Below, piece by piece: positions 9,785-20,101 of a stretch of DNA of 64,000 nucleotides. Each line of letters opens with the position of its first letter. The stretch's first letter is position 1. Below the pieces are notes generated by a model. The model was not told the origin of the DNA. It did no database searches and worked only from the letters and a program-made list of their open reading frames with translations. The stretch is taken from the NCBI GenBank assembly GCA_963666345.1, contig OY762721.1, positions 1,120,001-1,184,000 on the forward strand. Direction: 5' to 3'. The position numbers were made by a program, and so were the translations under genes. The DNA comes from Desulfatiglandales bacterium (lineage in GTDB: Bacteria; Desulfobacterota; DSM-4660; Desulfatiglandales; Desulfatiglandaceae).

Positions 9785-10039
9785 ATGCCTGAGGAAGAAG
9801 TTGCCGTTATCATAAAATTCTTTTCAAAACCGAGCGTGGCAGCCCTTGAAATAAAGGGGGCCGTTAAGGTAGGAGACACCCTTCATTACAAGGGTCACAC
9901 CACCGACTTCACAGAGACCGTTAACAGCATGGAAGTAGACAACAACTCTGTTGATGAGGCCAAACCGGGTGATCTGGTGGGGATAAAGGTAAAGGAAAGG
10001 GTAAGAGAAAACGACAAGGTTTACAAGGTAGTGGAATAG
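9785..10039 (+). CDS. Small translation-elongation-factor-like beta-barrel protein
   Basis: KVGDTLHYKGHTTDF..V.SME..AKPGDLVGIKVKERVRENDKVYKV; GGAGG RBS. Confidence 0.75.
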   Translation: MPEEEVAVIIKFFSKPSVAALEIKGAVKVGDTLHYKGHTTDFTETVNSMEVDNNSVDEAKPGDLVGIKVKERVRENDKVYKVVE

Positions 10040-10560
10040 CCCTTTATCATGTCAAGCGCCTTTGGTATAAGCTTTCTTATAAAGGCCTCTTTTTCAAAGC
10101 TCGTCATCCCTGAAAATTGCTCATATTGAGGGTGTTTTTCACTCAAGACGGGTATTTGCGCCTTCAGATGAGGCGCCAGTGAATCGAACCGCCTTATGAG
10201 CTCAACAAGGGTGTAATCATCGCCCGGGCAGCTCTCAAACCATCCCAGCCTCTTCATGCACTCGAATCTTATGCTGTCGAGCAAAAATAGATATTGATCT
10301 ATCACCGCCATCTTTTCTTTCGGTTCCAGCTCATTAAACTCGAATCCGGAGCCCATACCGCTTATATTCATTATCAGGTCATAGATATAGAAATTGCTGT
10401 TTTCCCTTCCCTGGGACAGTATGCACAGGGTGTTAAAGGTAATGTTTGTGAGCCTGGTGTCAGCCCCGAAATCCTCGTTAAAACGACTTTTCCAGTTACG
10501 AAATCCCTTTTTTATGAAAACCTGGAGTCTGCCCTCTTCCAGGTCAATGACCTGCGGCAT
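10021..10560 (-). CDS. Hypothetical protein
   Basis: 179-aa ORF overlapping the upstream gene, operon-like. Confidence 0.6.
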   Translation of the reverse strand: MPQVIDLEEGRLQVFIKKGFRNWKSRFNEDFGADTRLTNITFNTLCILSQGRENSNFYIYDLIMNISGMGSGFEFNELEPKEKMAVIDQYLFLLDSIRFECMKRLGWFESCPGDDYTLVELIRRFDSLAPHLKAQIPVLSEKHPQYEQFSGMTSFEKEAFIRKLIPKALDMIKGYSTTL

Positions 10561-10939
10561 CCTTTTCCCCCTTACAGAATGGATCTTCTTTAAGCTGAAA
10601 TCCGCACTTTACACATACCCCTATTCTTGACTGTTTGAATCCGCATCGAGGGCACATGATAAAATCATCAAAAGAGGCTATGTTTATCGAATGATTGAAT
10701 CGCTTAGCCTCCTCAAAGCAGCCGTTTTCCTCAATAGTAACCCGGCCTCCGGCCTCCTGAATGGTATCGGCGTAATGCCTTGCGTCCTTCAGGGTTGCAT
10801 CACGTTTTATAACCGCCGGTGTTTTTTTCATCAGCTCAGTCAAGGTCTCACTTGGAATACCATAGCGAGACATTTTCTTTAAAAAGCCCGCCTCATCCCC
10901 CCTCAATCCCTTGAATATTACACGATATTTCTTGACCAT
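10544..10939 (-). CDS. Hypothetical protein with C-terminal zinc ribbon
   Basis: CPRCG..CVKCG. Confidence 0.6.
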   Translation of the reverse strand: MVKKYRVIFKGLRGDEAGFLKKMSRYGIPSETLTELMKKTPAVIKRDATLKDARHYADTIQEAGGRVTIEENGCFEEAKRFNHSINIASFDDFIMCPRCGFKQSRIGVCVKCGFQLKEDPFCKGEKDAAGH

Positions 10940-11054
10940 CAGGCAGGCCCTTTTGATAAAATAAAAAAACAGCACGGGGAAACTCGTATTACGGGCGCAT
11001 GAACATCATTTGAAATTCAGGGACGCTCTTTACAGGCATTGACATTCAACCCGA

Positions 11055-12635
11055 TCATCCCAGGCAGGCCTTTACAAAGCCGTAGAAAAGGGGTGCAGGC
11101 ACTTCCATCCTGGATTTCAATTCAGGATGCGCCTGTGTCGCGACAAAGTATTTGAGATCCGGTAATTCGATAAATTCAACCAATCTGCCGTCCTGTGACG
11201 CGCCTGAGAATATCATTCCTTTTTCCTGCAGTAGGGAATGATACTCAGGATTAACCTCGTAACGGTGGCGATGACGCTCTGTCGCCTCTTTCTTTCCATA
11301 CAGGGACCCGACAAGGCTGCCTTTCTTTAGCAGAGCCTTGTAGGCGCCCAGTCTCATGGTGCCCCCCTTTTCATACACCTCCCGCTGCTCCGGCAGGATG
11401 TCGATAACAGGATAGGGGGTATCCGGAGCTATCTCTGTCGAGTTTGCACCTTCAAGACCACACACATTCCTTGAAAATTCGATCACAGCAAGCTGGAGAC
11501 CGAGGCAAAGCCCGAGAAAAGGGACGCCCTTTCCCCTTGCCATCCTTATTATCTCTATCTTTCCCTCTGTCCCTCTTGATCCGAACCCTCCCGGCACCAC
11601 AACTCCGGCGACATGATCCAGAAACGATGTATCAGCAAGATCCGTAGTCTCGATCCACTCAAGGTTTATCTTGCAGCCCAGATGAGCTGAACAGTGATTG
11701 AAAGCCTCGATTATAGAGGCGTAGGAGTCCTCAAGTTTCGTATATTTCCCGCACATTGCGATGGAAATTTCTCTTTTGGGATTGCGGATATTTTCTATCA
11801 ACGCCTTCCACCTTCTCAGGTCGGGCGGGCTGTAGATATTCAGTTTTTTATGGATTATCTCAGGGAGACCCTCCTGCTCGAAGATAACCGGAATCTCATA
11901 GACATCCTCTACATCAAGGCCGGTTATCACGGCACTCGGATGGACATCGCAGAAACTGGAGATCTTCATCTTTACCTTCTTTGTCAGAAACTCCGTGCAC
12001 CTTCCTATAATGATATCAGGAAATATGCCGCGCTGCTTAAGAAGGTTAACGCTCTGCTGGGTCGGCTTTGATTTCTGTTCGTTGACGCCATAGGGTATGG
12101 GAACATAGGTGAGGTGAACATATATGATGTTTTCCTTGCCCACATCCTCTTTCATCTGCCTCATGGCTTCCAGGAAAAGCTCGTTTTCGATGTCACCGAC
12201 CGTTCCTCCGATTTCCACAATTATCATGTCCGGCTTTTCCTCGGAGGCGACCTCGAATATATGGTCCTTTATTGTATCGGTGACATGAGGGATATACTGA
12301 ACCGTTTTCCCGAGATAATCACCCTTTCTCTCCTTTTTCCTGACCATGTCGAATACCTTGCCCATGGTAAGATTCCATTTGGACTTGCAGTTTACCCCTA
12401 GGAATCTCTCATAGTGACCGAAATCCATGTCCACTTCGGCTCCGTCATCAAGAACGAAGACCTCCCCATGCTCAAAGGGGTTCATGGTGCCCGGATCGAC
12501 ATTCAGATATCCGTCGCATTTGATGGGGACTATTCTGAGTTTGGAGGAAAGCAGGTGTCCGATTGAAGCGGCAGCAACCCCCTTTCCAAGACCGGAAAGA
12601 ACACCACCTGTGATAATTATATATTTTGTGGGCAT
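11055..12635 (-). CDS. pyrG: CTP synthase
   Basis: GGVLSGLGKG, DPGTMNPFEHGEVFV, KSKPTQ, GLCLGLQ, ERHRHRYE, QAHPE. Confidence 0.97.
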   Translation of the reverse strand: MPTKYIIITGGVLSGLGKGVAAASIGHLLSSKLRIVPIKCDGYLNVDPGTMNPFEHGEVFVLDDGAEVDMDFGHYERFLGVNCKSKWNLTMGKVFDMVRKKERKGDYLGKTVQYIPHVTDTIKDHIFEVASEEKPDMIIVEIGGTVGDIENELFLEAMRQMKEDVGKENIIYVHLTYVPIPYGVNEQKSKPTQQSVNLLKQRGIFPDIIIGRCTEFLTKKVKMKISSFCDVHPSAVITGLDVEDVYEIPVIFEQEGLPEIIHKKLNIYSPPDLRRWKALIENIRNPKREISIAMCGKYTKLEDSYASIIEAFNHCSAHLGCKINLEWIETTDLADTSFLDHVAGVVVPGGFGSRGTEGKIEIIRMARGKGVPFLGLCLGLQLAVIEFSRNVCGLEGANSTEIAPDTPYPVIDILPEQREVYEKGGTMRLGAYKALLKKGSLVGSLYGKKEATERHRHRYEVNPEYHSLLQEKGMIFSGASQDGRLVEFIELPDLKYFVATQAHPELKSRMEVPAPLFYGFVKACLG

Positions 12636-13109
12636 AGGACCTAAGGATTATCTGTTTGTTTGATTTGGGACTCGGTTTGTAAATGATTAATCCATATCAA
12701 TGGCAATAGTCAAGCCCTAAAAGAAAAAAGATCCGGGGCACTGAGACCGGCCCTGCTAAGCCCTGATCAGGCGTCAAAATATTACGGCGCCTTGGATCCA
12801 ACATCCCGCAGCGGCCCGGGGATAAGACGAAATCCCCGGTCATGATTGATCGCATTTTGATCAGACGGTGGGTTTCGGGTAAAGAAATCGTCTTGACCTT
12901 GATCCAGAAAAGACTAAGATTAAAAGGGAAATAGACTTAAACCTGCGAAGCGAAATTTTTCCCGCAAATTTTACGGTCGGCTGATGAATAACCCTGCCGA
13001 GAAGCGATGGGTCAGCATCGGTAATATCTGTAACCACACCCCGGGGTGAATGAATTGACTGTTTCCCGCCCGAGGCGGATTAAACTATTTTTTGACGAAA
13101 GATGAGGCA

Positions 13110-14417
13110 ATGGCCCCTATAATTGCAATAGTGGGAAGACCCAATGTGGGAAAATCGTCCCTTTTCAACAGGCTTTCCCGTTCAAGAGACGCACTTGTCG
13201 ACGATATGCCCGGTATTACACGGGACAGGCTTTACTCCACCGTGCAATACGACGGCAGCACCTTCACCCTGATTGATACGGGCGGTTTTGACGATACGGA
13301 TCAGGACCCTCTTGTCAAAAAGATGCGCGAACAGGTGGAAACGGCCATTGATGAGGCCGACGCCATAATATTCATGGTGGATGGACGCCAGGGTATAATA
13401 CCGGGAGACGAGGAGGTCGCCGACATCCTCAGACGAAGCAGGAAAAAGGTATTTCTTGCGGCAAACAAGATAGACGGTCCTGAACATGATCACATGAGCC
13501 TTGTTTTTTACCGACTGGGTGTTGAAAAGGTATACCCCGTATCCGCCGCGCACGGCTATGGAATAAGAGACCTGTTCGAGGGAATTATGAGGGACCTTCC
13601 ACCGGCCGAACTCGAACATGAAGATGAAGACAAGATCAGGGTGGCGGTCCTTGGAAAGCCTAATGTGGGCAAATCTTCTCTCATAAACAAGATACTGGGG
13701 CTTGACAGACTTGTCGTAAGCGATATCCCAGGTACGACCCGTGATTCCGTGGATACGAATTTCAGTTACAGGAACAGGGATTACGTCCTTATCGACACTG
13801 CGGGGCTCAGGAGAAAATCGAGGGTAAGAGAAAAGATCGACAAATTCTCAATGATAAAGACACTCAAAAGCATCGAACGCTGCCATATCGCCGTTCTGCT
13901 CATAGATGCCGACGAGGGGGTATCCGATCAGGACGCACGGATATTCGGTTACGCGTTTGAGCGCGACAGAGCCATAGTCCTGGCAATTAACAAGTGGGAC
14001 CTTGTAAAGGGCAATCCTGAAAAGATAGACTATCTTAAAAGGGATATAGAGAGAAAGCTCAAATTTATTTCCTTTGCGCCGAGTATAAACCTCTCCGCCT
14101 TGACAGGCCACAGGGTTATGAAACTTTTTGACAGAATAGACCTGGTTCACACGCAATTTTCTAAAAAGATAGGCACAGGGGTACTGAACAGGGGGATAAA
14201 GGAGATAATTGAAAGGCATCAGCCGCCAAGAATCAAAGGGAAGAGCCTCAAATTTTTATACGCGACCCAGTCGCGTATAAAACCCCCTACATTTGTTATA
14301 TTTGTCAACAGGCCCGAAATAATACATTTTTCATACGAGCGTTTCCTTGTAAACAATCTGAGGTCGCACTTCGGGCTCGAGTTTTCTCCCATAAAGATAA
14401 GATTCAAAAAGAGGTAG
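13110..14417 (+). CDS. der: Ribosome biogenesis GTPase Der (EngA)
   Basis: Two G domains (GRPNVGKS, GKPNVGKS) plus KH-like C-terminus. Confidence 0.96.
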   Translation: MAPIIAIVGRPNVGKSSLFNRLSRSRDALVDDMPGITRDRLYSTVQYDGSTFTLIDTGGFDDTDQDPLVKKMREQVETAIDEADAIIFMVDGRQGIIPGDEEVADILRRSRKKVFLAANKIDGPEHDHMSLVFYRLGVEKVYPVSAAHGYGIRDLFEGIMRDLPPAELEHEDEDKIRVAVLGKPNVGKSSLINKILGLDRLVVSDIPGTTRDSVDTNFSYRNRDYVLIDTAGLRRKSRVREKIDKFSMIKTLKSIERCHIAVLLIDADEGVSDQDARIFGYAFERDRAIVLAINKWDLVKGNPEKIDYLKRDIERKLKFISFAPSINLSALTGHRVMKLFDRIDLVHTQFSKKIGTGVLNRGIKEIIERHQPPRIKGKSLKFLYATQSRIKPPTFVIFVNRPEIIHFSYERFLVNNLRSHFGLEFSPIKIRFKKR

Positions 14418-14447
14418 CCTGAAAACATAATTTCCCAACCTGGGTAT

Positions 14448-16445
14448 ATGATCATGACTGACGCACGTGAAAAGACCGGGCCGGAACTCCTGGCGGAAAT
14501 AGAGGCCCTTAAAAAAAGGCTTGAATCCCTTGAAACGACTCAGGATGAGGATTCTCAAACAGGGAGCACTCCTAACGAGTCGGAAGAGATGTACCGCAAC
14601 CTGATTGAGCGCGCAAACGACGGCATTGTGATCCTGCAGGATGGAAACGTCAAATTCCTCAATAAGCGTATGTCGGAGATGCTCGGCTACGGCAATGCCG
14701 GTATAATTGATAAGCCGTTCACCGATTATGTAAAACCTGAAGAGGCGGAAAGGCTCCTTAAGCGCTTTGCCAGGAGAATGGCAGGAGACCCGGCGCCTTC
14801 CAGGTATGAAGCCACCCTTATTAACAGCACCGGTAAATTCCTGGATGTGGAGATAAACGCCGGCCACATAACCTACAACGGAAGACCGGCGGACCTGGTC
14901 ATAATAAGGGATATGACCGAACACAAGGAGGCTGAAAAGGCCTTGCGCAAATCCGAAGAAAAATACAGGCTTCTTGTGGAAAATGCAAATGATGTCATAT
15001 TGATAGCTCAGGATGGCGTCATCAGATTCTTCAACCACCAGACCTCGGAGCTTACCGGCTATTCCGATGATGAACTTGAGGGTAAGCCCTTCATCGAACT
15101 GATCCATCCCGATGAAAGGGACTTTATAGAAAACAGACACAAGAAAAGGCTTAAAGGCGATGAACTTCCGTCCACCTATTCATTCAGGGTGCTCCATAAA
15201 AGTGGAAGGACGATGTCGGGCCAGATAAACACCGTAAAGATTGATTGGCAGGGCAGGCCAGCGACTCTCAATTTCATAAGGGATATAACAGAGCAGAAAA
15301 AGATTGATGCCAGGCTCAGGATGGCCCAGAAAATGGAAGCGGTGGGAACACTTGCCGGGGGCATAGCCCACGACTTCAACAACCTTTTGATGGCCATTCA
15401 GGGCGGTATCTCGCTCATGCTCCTGGAAACAGACAAGGACCTGCCTAATTACGATATCCTCAAGGGTATAGAGAGACAGATTCAAAGCGGTTCAAAGCTT
15501 ACCCGGCAGCTTCTCGGTTATGCCAGAAGGGGGAAATATGAAGTCAAGCCGCTTGATATCAACAAAATAATCGATGAAACCGCCGAGACGTTCGGAAGGG
15601 CGAAAAAAGAGATAAAAGTACATAAAAGGCTCGACAGGGATCTTTACCCGGTTAAGGCGGACCTGCCTCAGATAGAGCAGGTGCTCCTGAATCTTTGCTT
15701 AAATGCCGCTGATGCCATGCCGGACGGAGGCGAGCTCTTCATTGACACCGCTAATGTGTCACACCTTGATCTGAGCGCCAAGCAATATATCGCCAAAAAG
15801 GGTAATTACGCCATGATCAGGGTGACCGACTCCGGAACCGGTATAGACAAAGGGACTATTGATCGTATTTTCGAACCCTTTTTCACTACAAAGGAAATGG
15901 GAAGGGGTACGGGCCTTGGCCTGGCATCCGTGTACGGCATCGTAAAGGGACATGGAGGCTACGTAGATGTTGAATCTGAAGTAGGCAAAGGGACCACCTT
16001 CTTCATATATCTGCCCGCATCGGAAAAAGGGGCTGAAACTGCTGCCGGTCTGGAAAACGACATCGTCAAAGGTGAGGGAGCGATACTGTTTGTCGATGAT
16101 GAACCGATGGTGCTGGATGTAGGTGCCAGGATGCTTGAACGTATCGGATACAAAGTATTCAAGGCAAAAAGCGGGACAGAGGCCCTCGCGATCTTCGAAA
16201 AAATAAAGGACGACATCGACCTTGTCATGCTGGACATGGTCATGCCCGACTCTGCGGCGGAAAAGACCTTCGAAGGCATTAAGGCGGTCAGGCAGGATAT
16301 CAAGGTTCTGATCTCAAGCGGGTACAGCGAATTCGGCGAAGCCGAAGAGATAATGTCAAAGGGATGCGACGGCTTTATTCAAAAACCGTTTGACATCGCC
16401 GGGCTCTCAAAGAAAATCAACGAGATTTTAACTCAAAAGGCGTAA
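14448..16445 (+). CDS. PAS-PAS hybrid sensor histidine kinase with receiver domain
   Basis: AHDFNN H-box, FFTTK..GTGLGL G-boxes, VDDE..LDMVMP..QKPF. Confidence 0.9.
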   Translation: MIMTDAREKTGPELLAEIEALKKRLESLETTQDEDSQTGSTPNESEEMYRNLIERANDGIVILQDGNVKFLNKRMSEMLGYGNAGIIDKPFTDYVKPEEAERLLKRFARRMAGDPAPSRYEATLINSTGKFLDVEINAGHITYNGRPADLVIIRDMTEHKEAEKALRKSEEKYRLLVENANDVILIAQDGVIRFFNHQTSELTGYSDDELEGKPFIELIHPDERDFIENRHKKRLKGDELPSTYSFRVLHKSGRTMSGQINTVKIDWQGRPATLNFIRDITEQKKIDARLRMAQKMEAVGTLAGGIAHDFNNLLMAIQGGISLMLLETDKDLPNYDILKGIERQIQSGSKLTRQLLGYARRGKYEVKPLDINKIIDETAETFGRAKKEIKVHKRLDRDLYPVKADLPQIEQVLLNLCLNAADAMPDGGELFIDTANVSHLDLSAKQYIAKKGNYAMIRVTDSGTGIDKGTIDRIFEPFFTTKEMGRGTGLGLASVYGIVKGHGGYVDVESEVGKGTTFFIYLPASEKGAETAAGLENDIVKGEGAILFVDDEPMVLDVGARMLERIGYKVFKAKSGTEALAIFEKIKDDIDLVMLDMVMPDSAAEKTFEGIKAVRQDIKVLISSGYSEFGEAEEIMSKGCDGFIQKPFDIAGLSKKINEILTQKA

Positions 16446-16490
16446 TTTCATAAACGGAACCTGTTCACTGATTCGGGGGTTATCATAAGG

Positions 16491-18230
16491 ATGCGCACGA
16501 TAAGAATAGGAATGGCCCAGATAAATTCAGCGGTGGGGGATATAAAGGGAAACACGGAAAAAATAATTTCCTATCTTGAAAGGGGCAGAAAACTGGGAGT
16601 TGATCTTATAAGTTTTCCTGAACTTGCGGTTACAGGTTACCCTCCGGAGGATCTCCTTCTTATGCCCCAGTTTATAGACGCAAACCTTGCAGCACTTAAG
16701 ACAATAACCGGGGCCGCATCAAATATCTGCGCGATAGTGGGCTTTGTTGATAAGGACACGGACATCTACAATGCAGCTGCAGTAATAGACGACGGAAAAC
16801 TTATCGGCATATATCACAAGATATATCTTCCGAACTACGGTGTGTTTGATGAGAACAGATATTTTCAGGCAGGCGTTGACATGCCTGTTTTCAAGTTTGG
16901 AAGCTCCGTGATAGGGGTAAATATCTGCGAGGATATGTGGCATCCGGGGGATCCGACTACCAGCCAGACCCTTTTGGGGGATGCGGAGATAATCGTAAAC
17001 ATATCATCTTCTCCCTATCATGCCGACAAGGCGGGAAGAAGAAAACAGATGCTTGCCACAAGGGCCTCGGACAACGCGGTGATAGTTGCCTTTACGAATC
17101 TCGTGGGCGGCCAGGACGAGCTCATATTCGACGGAGCAAGCATGCTCCTTGATCAAAGGGGTGAGGTCCTGTGCCTGGGCAGGCAGTTTGAAGAGGATTT
17201 TATTGTAGCTGACTGCGATCTGGATGCGGTGTTTCATCAGAGGCTCCATGATCCTAAAAGGCGAAGCGCCAAGCGGCATCTTTTGATGTCCGATAAAAGG
17301 GTGAAGACATATCAGATCGAAAAACCCGGCTCAGGGACCCCAGTGAAGCCCGAGATCCCGGCCCGCGCCGTATCTTCGTTGACCGCTGCGGAAGAGATCT
17401 ATGAGGCCCTCAAATTAGGGATTAAGGACTATGTCGTAAAAAACGGTTTTGAAAAGGTGACCATAGGCCTCAGCGGCGGTATAGACTCTGCCCTGGTCGC
17501 GGCCATTGCGGCCGATTCTCTCGGAAACCGGAATGTCGTGGGAGTTTCAATGCCCTCGACATATACATCCAAAGAAAGCATCGAAGACGCGGAGAGGCTC
17601 TCATCCAATCTCGGCATAAGACATATAACCATACCTATTGATAAAGGATTCGACTCATTCGAGCGGATGCTCGCCCCGGCGTTCGAAGGCACCGAACCCG
17701 ACCTTACCGAGGAAAATCTACAGGCCAGAATCAGGGGGACCCTGCTCATGGCCCTTTCAAACAAATTCGGATGGCTTGTTCTCACCACGGGGAACAAGAG
17801 CGAGACAAGCGTTGGTTATTGCACCCTGTACGGGGATATGGCGGGCGGCTACGGCATAATAAAGGATGTCCCCAAAACCCTTGTGTATGAACTGGCAGGA
17901 TATATAAACGAAAAGGGCGAAAAAGAGTTAATCCCCGCGAGGATCCTCACCAAATCGCCGTCAGCCGAACTGAGGCCGAATCAGAAGGACTGCGACTCCC
18001 TGCCGCCGTATAATGTTCTTGACCCTATCCTTCAGGCATACGTTGAGGAGGACAAAAGCGTCAAGGAGATTGTCAGGATGGGCTTTGACGAAAAGACCGT
18101 GCGTGAGATAATAGGGCTTGTCGACAAAAATGAGCACAAAAGGCGTCAGTCCCCCCCCGGGATAAAGATAACCCCCAGGGCACTCGGCAAGGACAGGCGC
18201 CTTCCCATCTCCAACAGATTCAGGATGTAA
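16491..18230 (+). CDS. nadE: Glutamine-dependent NAD+ synthetase
   Basis: Nitrilase domain (FPEL, NICEDMW) plus GLSGGIDS, ENLQARIRG, TGNKSE. Confidence 0.95.
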   Translation: MRTIRIGMAQINSAVGDIKGNTEKIISYLERGRKLGVDLISFPELAVTGYPPEDLLLMPQFIDANLAALKTITGAASNICAIVGFVDKDTDIYNAAAVIDDGKLIGIYHKIYLPNYGVFDENRYFQAGVDMPVFKFGSSVIGVNICEDMWHPGDPTTSQTLLGDAEIIVNISSSPYHADKAGRRKQMLATRASDNAVIVAFTNLVGGQDELIFDGASMLLDQRGEVLCLGRQFEEDFIVADCDLDAVFHQRLHDPKRRSAKRHLLMSDKRVKTYQIEKPGSGTPVKPEIPARAVSSLTAAEEIYEALKLGIKDYVVKNGFEKVTIGLSGGIDSALVAAIAADSLGNRNVVGVSMPSTYTSKESIEDAERLSSNLGIRHITIPIDKGFDSFERMLAPAFEGTEPDLTEENLQARIRGTLLMALSNKFGWLVLTTGNKSETSVGYCTLYGDMAGGYGIIKDVPKTLVYELAGYINEKGEKELIPARILTKSPSAELRPNQKDCDSLPPYNVLDPILQAYVEEDKSVKEIVRMGFDEKTVREIIGLVDKNEHKRRQSPPGIKITPRALGKDRRLPISNRFRM

Positions 18231-18294
18231 CACCGGCACCATCTTCCTGACCTGGCTCAGAGAGACGGGTTCTCCACAGGAATTCCCCACAAAA

Positions 18295-18336
18295 GACATT
18301 TTTGTCTTCATATTATTTTTTTACTACAAATTTGTC
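18295..18336. promoter_or_regulatory. Paired putative activator binding sites upstream of amtB1
   Basis: GACATTTTTGTC (18295) and TACAAATTTGTC (18325), 30 bp apart, ~80 bp before the sigma54 promoter. Confidence 0.65.
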
Positions 18337-18414
18337 TTATATCATCCCACAGCACACGGCACTCCACACCTTATCTCATTGATAATACTATATTAAATCA
18401 TGACAAACCCTCTC

Positions 18415-18430
18415 TGGCACGTTCATTGCT
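18415..18430 (+). promoter_or_regulatory. sigma54 -24/-12 promoter of amtB-glnK-glnD
   Basis: TGGCACGTTCATTGCT matches TGGCAC-N5-TTGCW. Confidence 0.85.
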
Positions 18431-18464
18431 GAAAATAGAGTTAGAAACTATAAAGGAGGCAACC

Positions 18465-19685
18465 ATGAACGCGGCAGACACGGTTTTTGTATTAATTTCA
18501 GCGGCCCTTGTAATGCTTATGACACCGGGGCTGGCACTTTTTTACGGGGGTATGGTCCGGACCAAGAATATCCTGGGCACCCTCATGCAGAGCTTTATCA
18601 TTCTGGCGATAATAACGCTTGAATGGGTCCTGTGGGGCTACTCAATGTCATTCGGGCCCGATATCGGGGGAATCATAGGCAATCTGAGCTGGATAGGACT
18701 GGATTCGGTAGGCATGGCCCCGAGCCCTGATTATGGGAGCACTGTCCCGCACCTGGCATTCATGGTCTTTCAGTGCATGTTCGCGATAATAACCCCGGCA
18801 TTGATAACAGGCGCCTTTGCGGAAAGGATGAAGTTCAGCGCCTTTCTCATCTTTGTAATCCTCTGGGCAACCTTTGTCTACAATCCCATGGCCCACTGGG
18901 TATGGGGTGTCGGCGGCTGGATCGGAAAGATGGGCGCCCTTGATTTTGCCGGCGGCACGGTCGTTCATATAAGCTCCGGGGTCTCCGCACTGGCTGCGGC
19001 GATCTTTATCGGAAAGAGACTGGGCTATGGAAACACCGCCTATATTCCTCATAATCTGCCCATGACGGTCACAGGAGCGGCCCTTCTCTGGTTCGGCTGG
19101 TTCGGGTTCAATGCGGGCAGCGCGCTTGCGGCAGACGGTCTGGCAGCCAATGCCTTTGTGGTTACCCACATAGCCTCTGCAACCGCCGCCCTGTTCTGGA
19201 CCCTTCTTGAATGGAGGCACAGAGGAAACCCCACGACCCTGGGGGCCGCAAGTGGGGCCGTGGCCGGCCTTGTAGCGATAACACCCGCCTGCGGGTTTGT
19301 CGGGCCGCTTTCCTCCATGGTCATCGGAGCTTTTGCCGGTCTGATATGCTACGGCGGAGTTATCCTCAAAAGCAAATTGGGCTATGACGACTCCCTCGAC
19401 GTGGTAGGCATACACGGCCTCGGCGGCACCTGGGGTGCACTTGCCACCGGTCTTTTTGCCAGCACCGCAATAAATCCAAACGGCGCGGAAGGTCTGTTCT
19501 TTGGAAATCCCGGACTGCTCATGACCCAGTTCGTATCCGTCATCGTTACCATGGCCTTTGCCTTTATAATGACCCTTATCATACTCAAGGTCGTGGATCT
19601 TTTGATCGGTATCAGGATAACCGCAGAGGAGGAAGAAAAGGGCATGGACTTGACCCTTCACAACGAGGCGGGCTACAGCCTCTAG
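18465..19685 (+). CDS. amtB: Ammonium transporter
   Basis: MTPGLALFYGG, DFAGGTVVH, WFGWFGFNAGS, DDSLDV..HG; AAGGAGG RBS. Confidence 0.95.
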   Translation: MNAADTVFVLISAALVMLMTPGLALFYGGMVRTKNILGTLMQSFIILAIITLEWVLWGYSMSFGPDIGGIIGNLSWIGLDSVGMAPSPDYGSTVPHLAFMVFQCMFAIITPALITGAFAERMKFSAFLIFVILWATFVYNPMAHWVWGVGGWIGKMGALDFAGGTVVHISSGVSALAAAIFIGKRLGYGNTAYIPHNLPMTVTGAALLWFGWFGFNAGSALAADGLAANAFVVTHIASATAALFWTLLEWRHRGNPTTLGAASGAVAGLVAITPACGFVGPLSSMVIGAFAGLICYGGVILKSKLGYDDSLDVVGIHGLGGTWGALATGLFASTAINPNGAEGLFFGNPGLLMTQFVSVIVTMAFAFIMTLIILKVVDLLIGIRITAEEEEKGMDLTLHNEAGYSL

Positions 19686-19702
19686 TTCACAGCATTAAAT
19701 AA

Positions 19703-20065
<363 letters not shown>

Positions 20066-20101
20066 TACCGATTAACCGAATGAACCGAGGGACTATCAAG
20101 T

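Noticed and set aside
12930..13090. GC-rich leader upstream of der as a riboswitch or 6S RNA
   Set aside because: No consensus that I can recognise; an Rfam scan would be needed
18648..19661. 337-aa antisense ORF
   Set aside because: Shadow of amtB; no motifs
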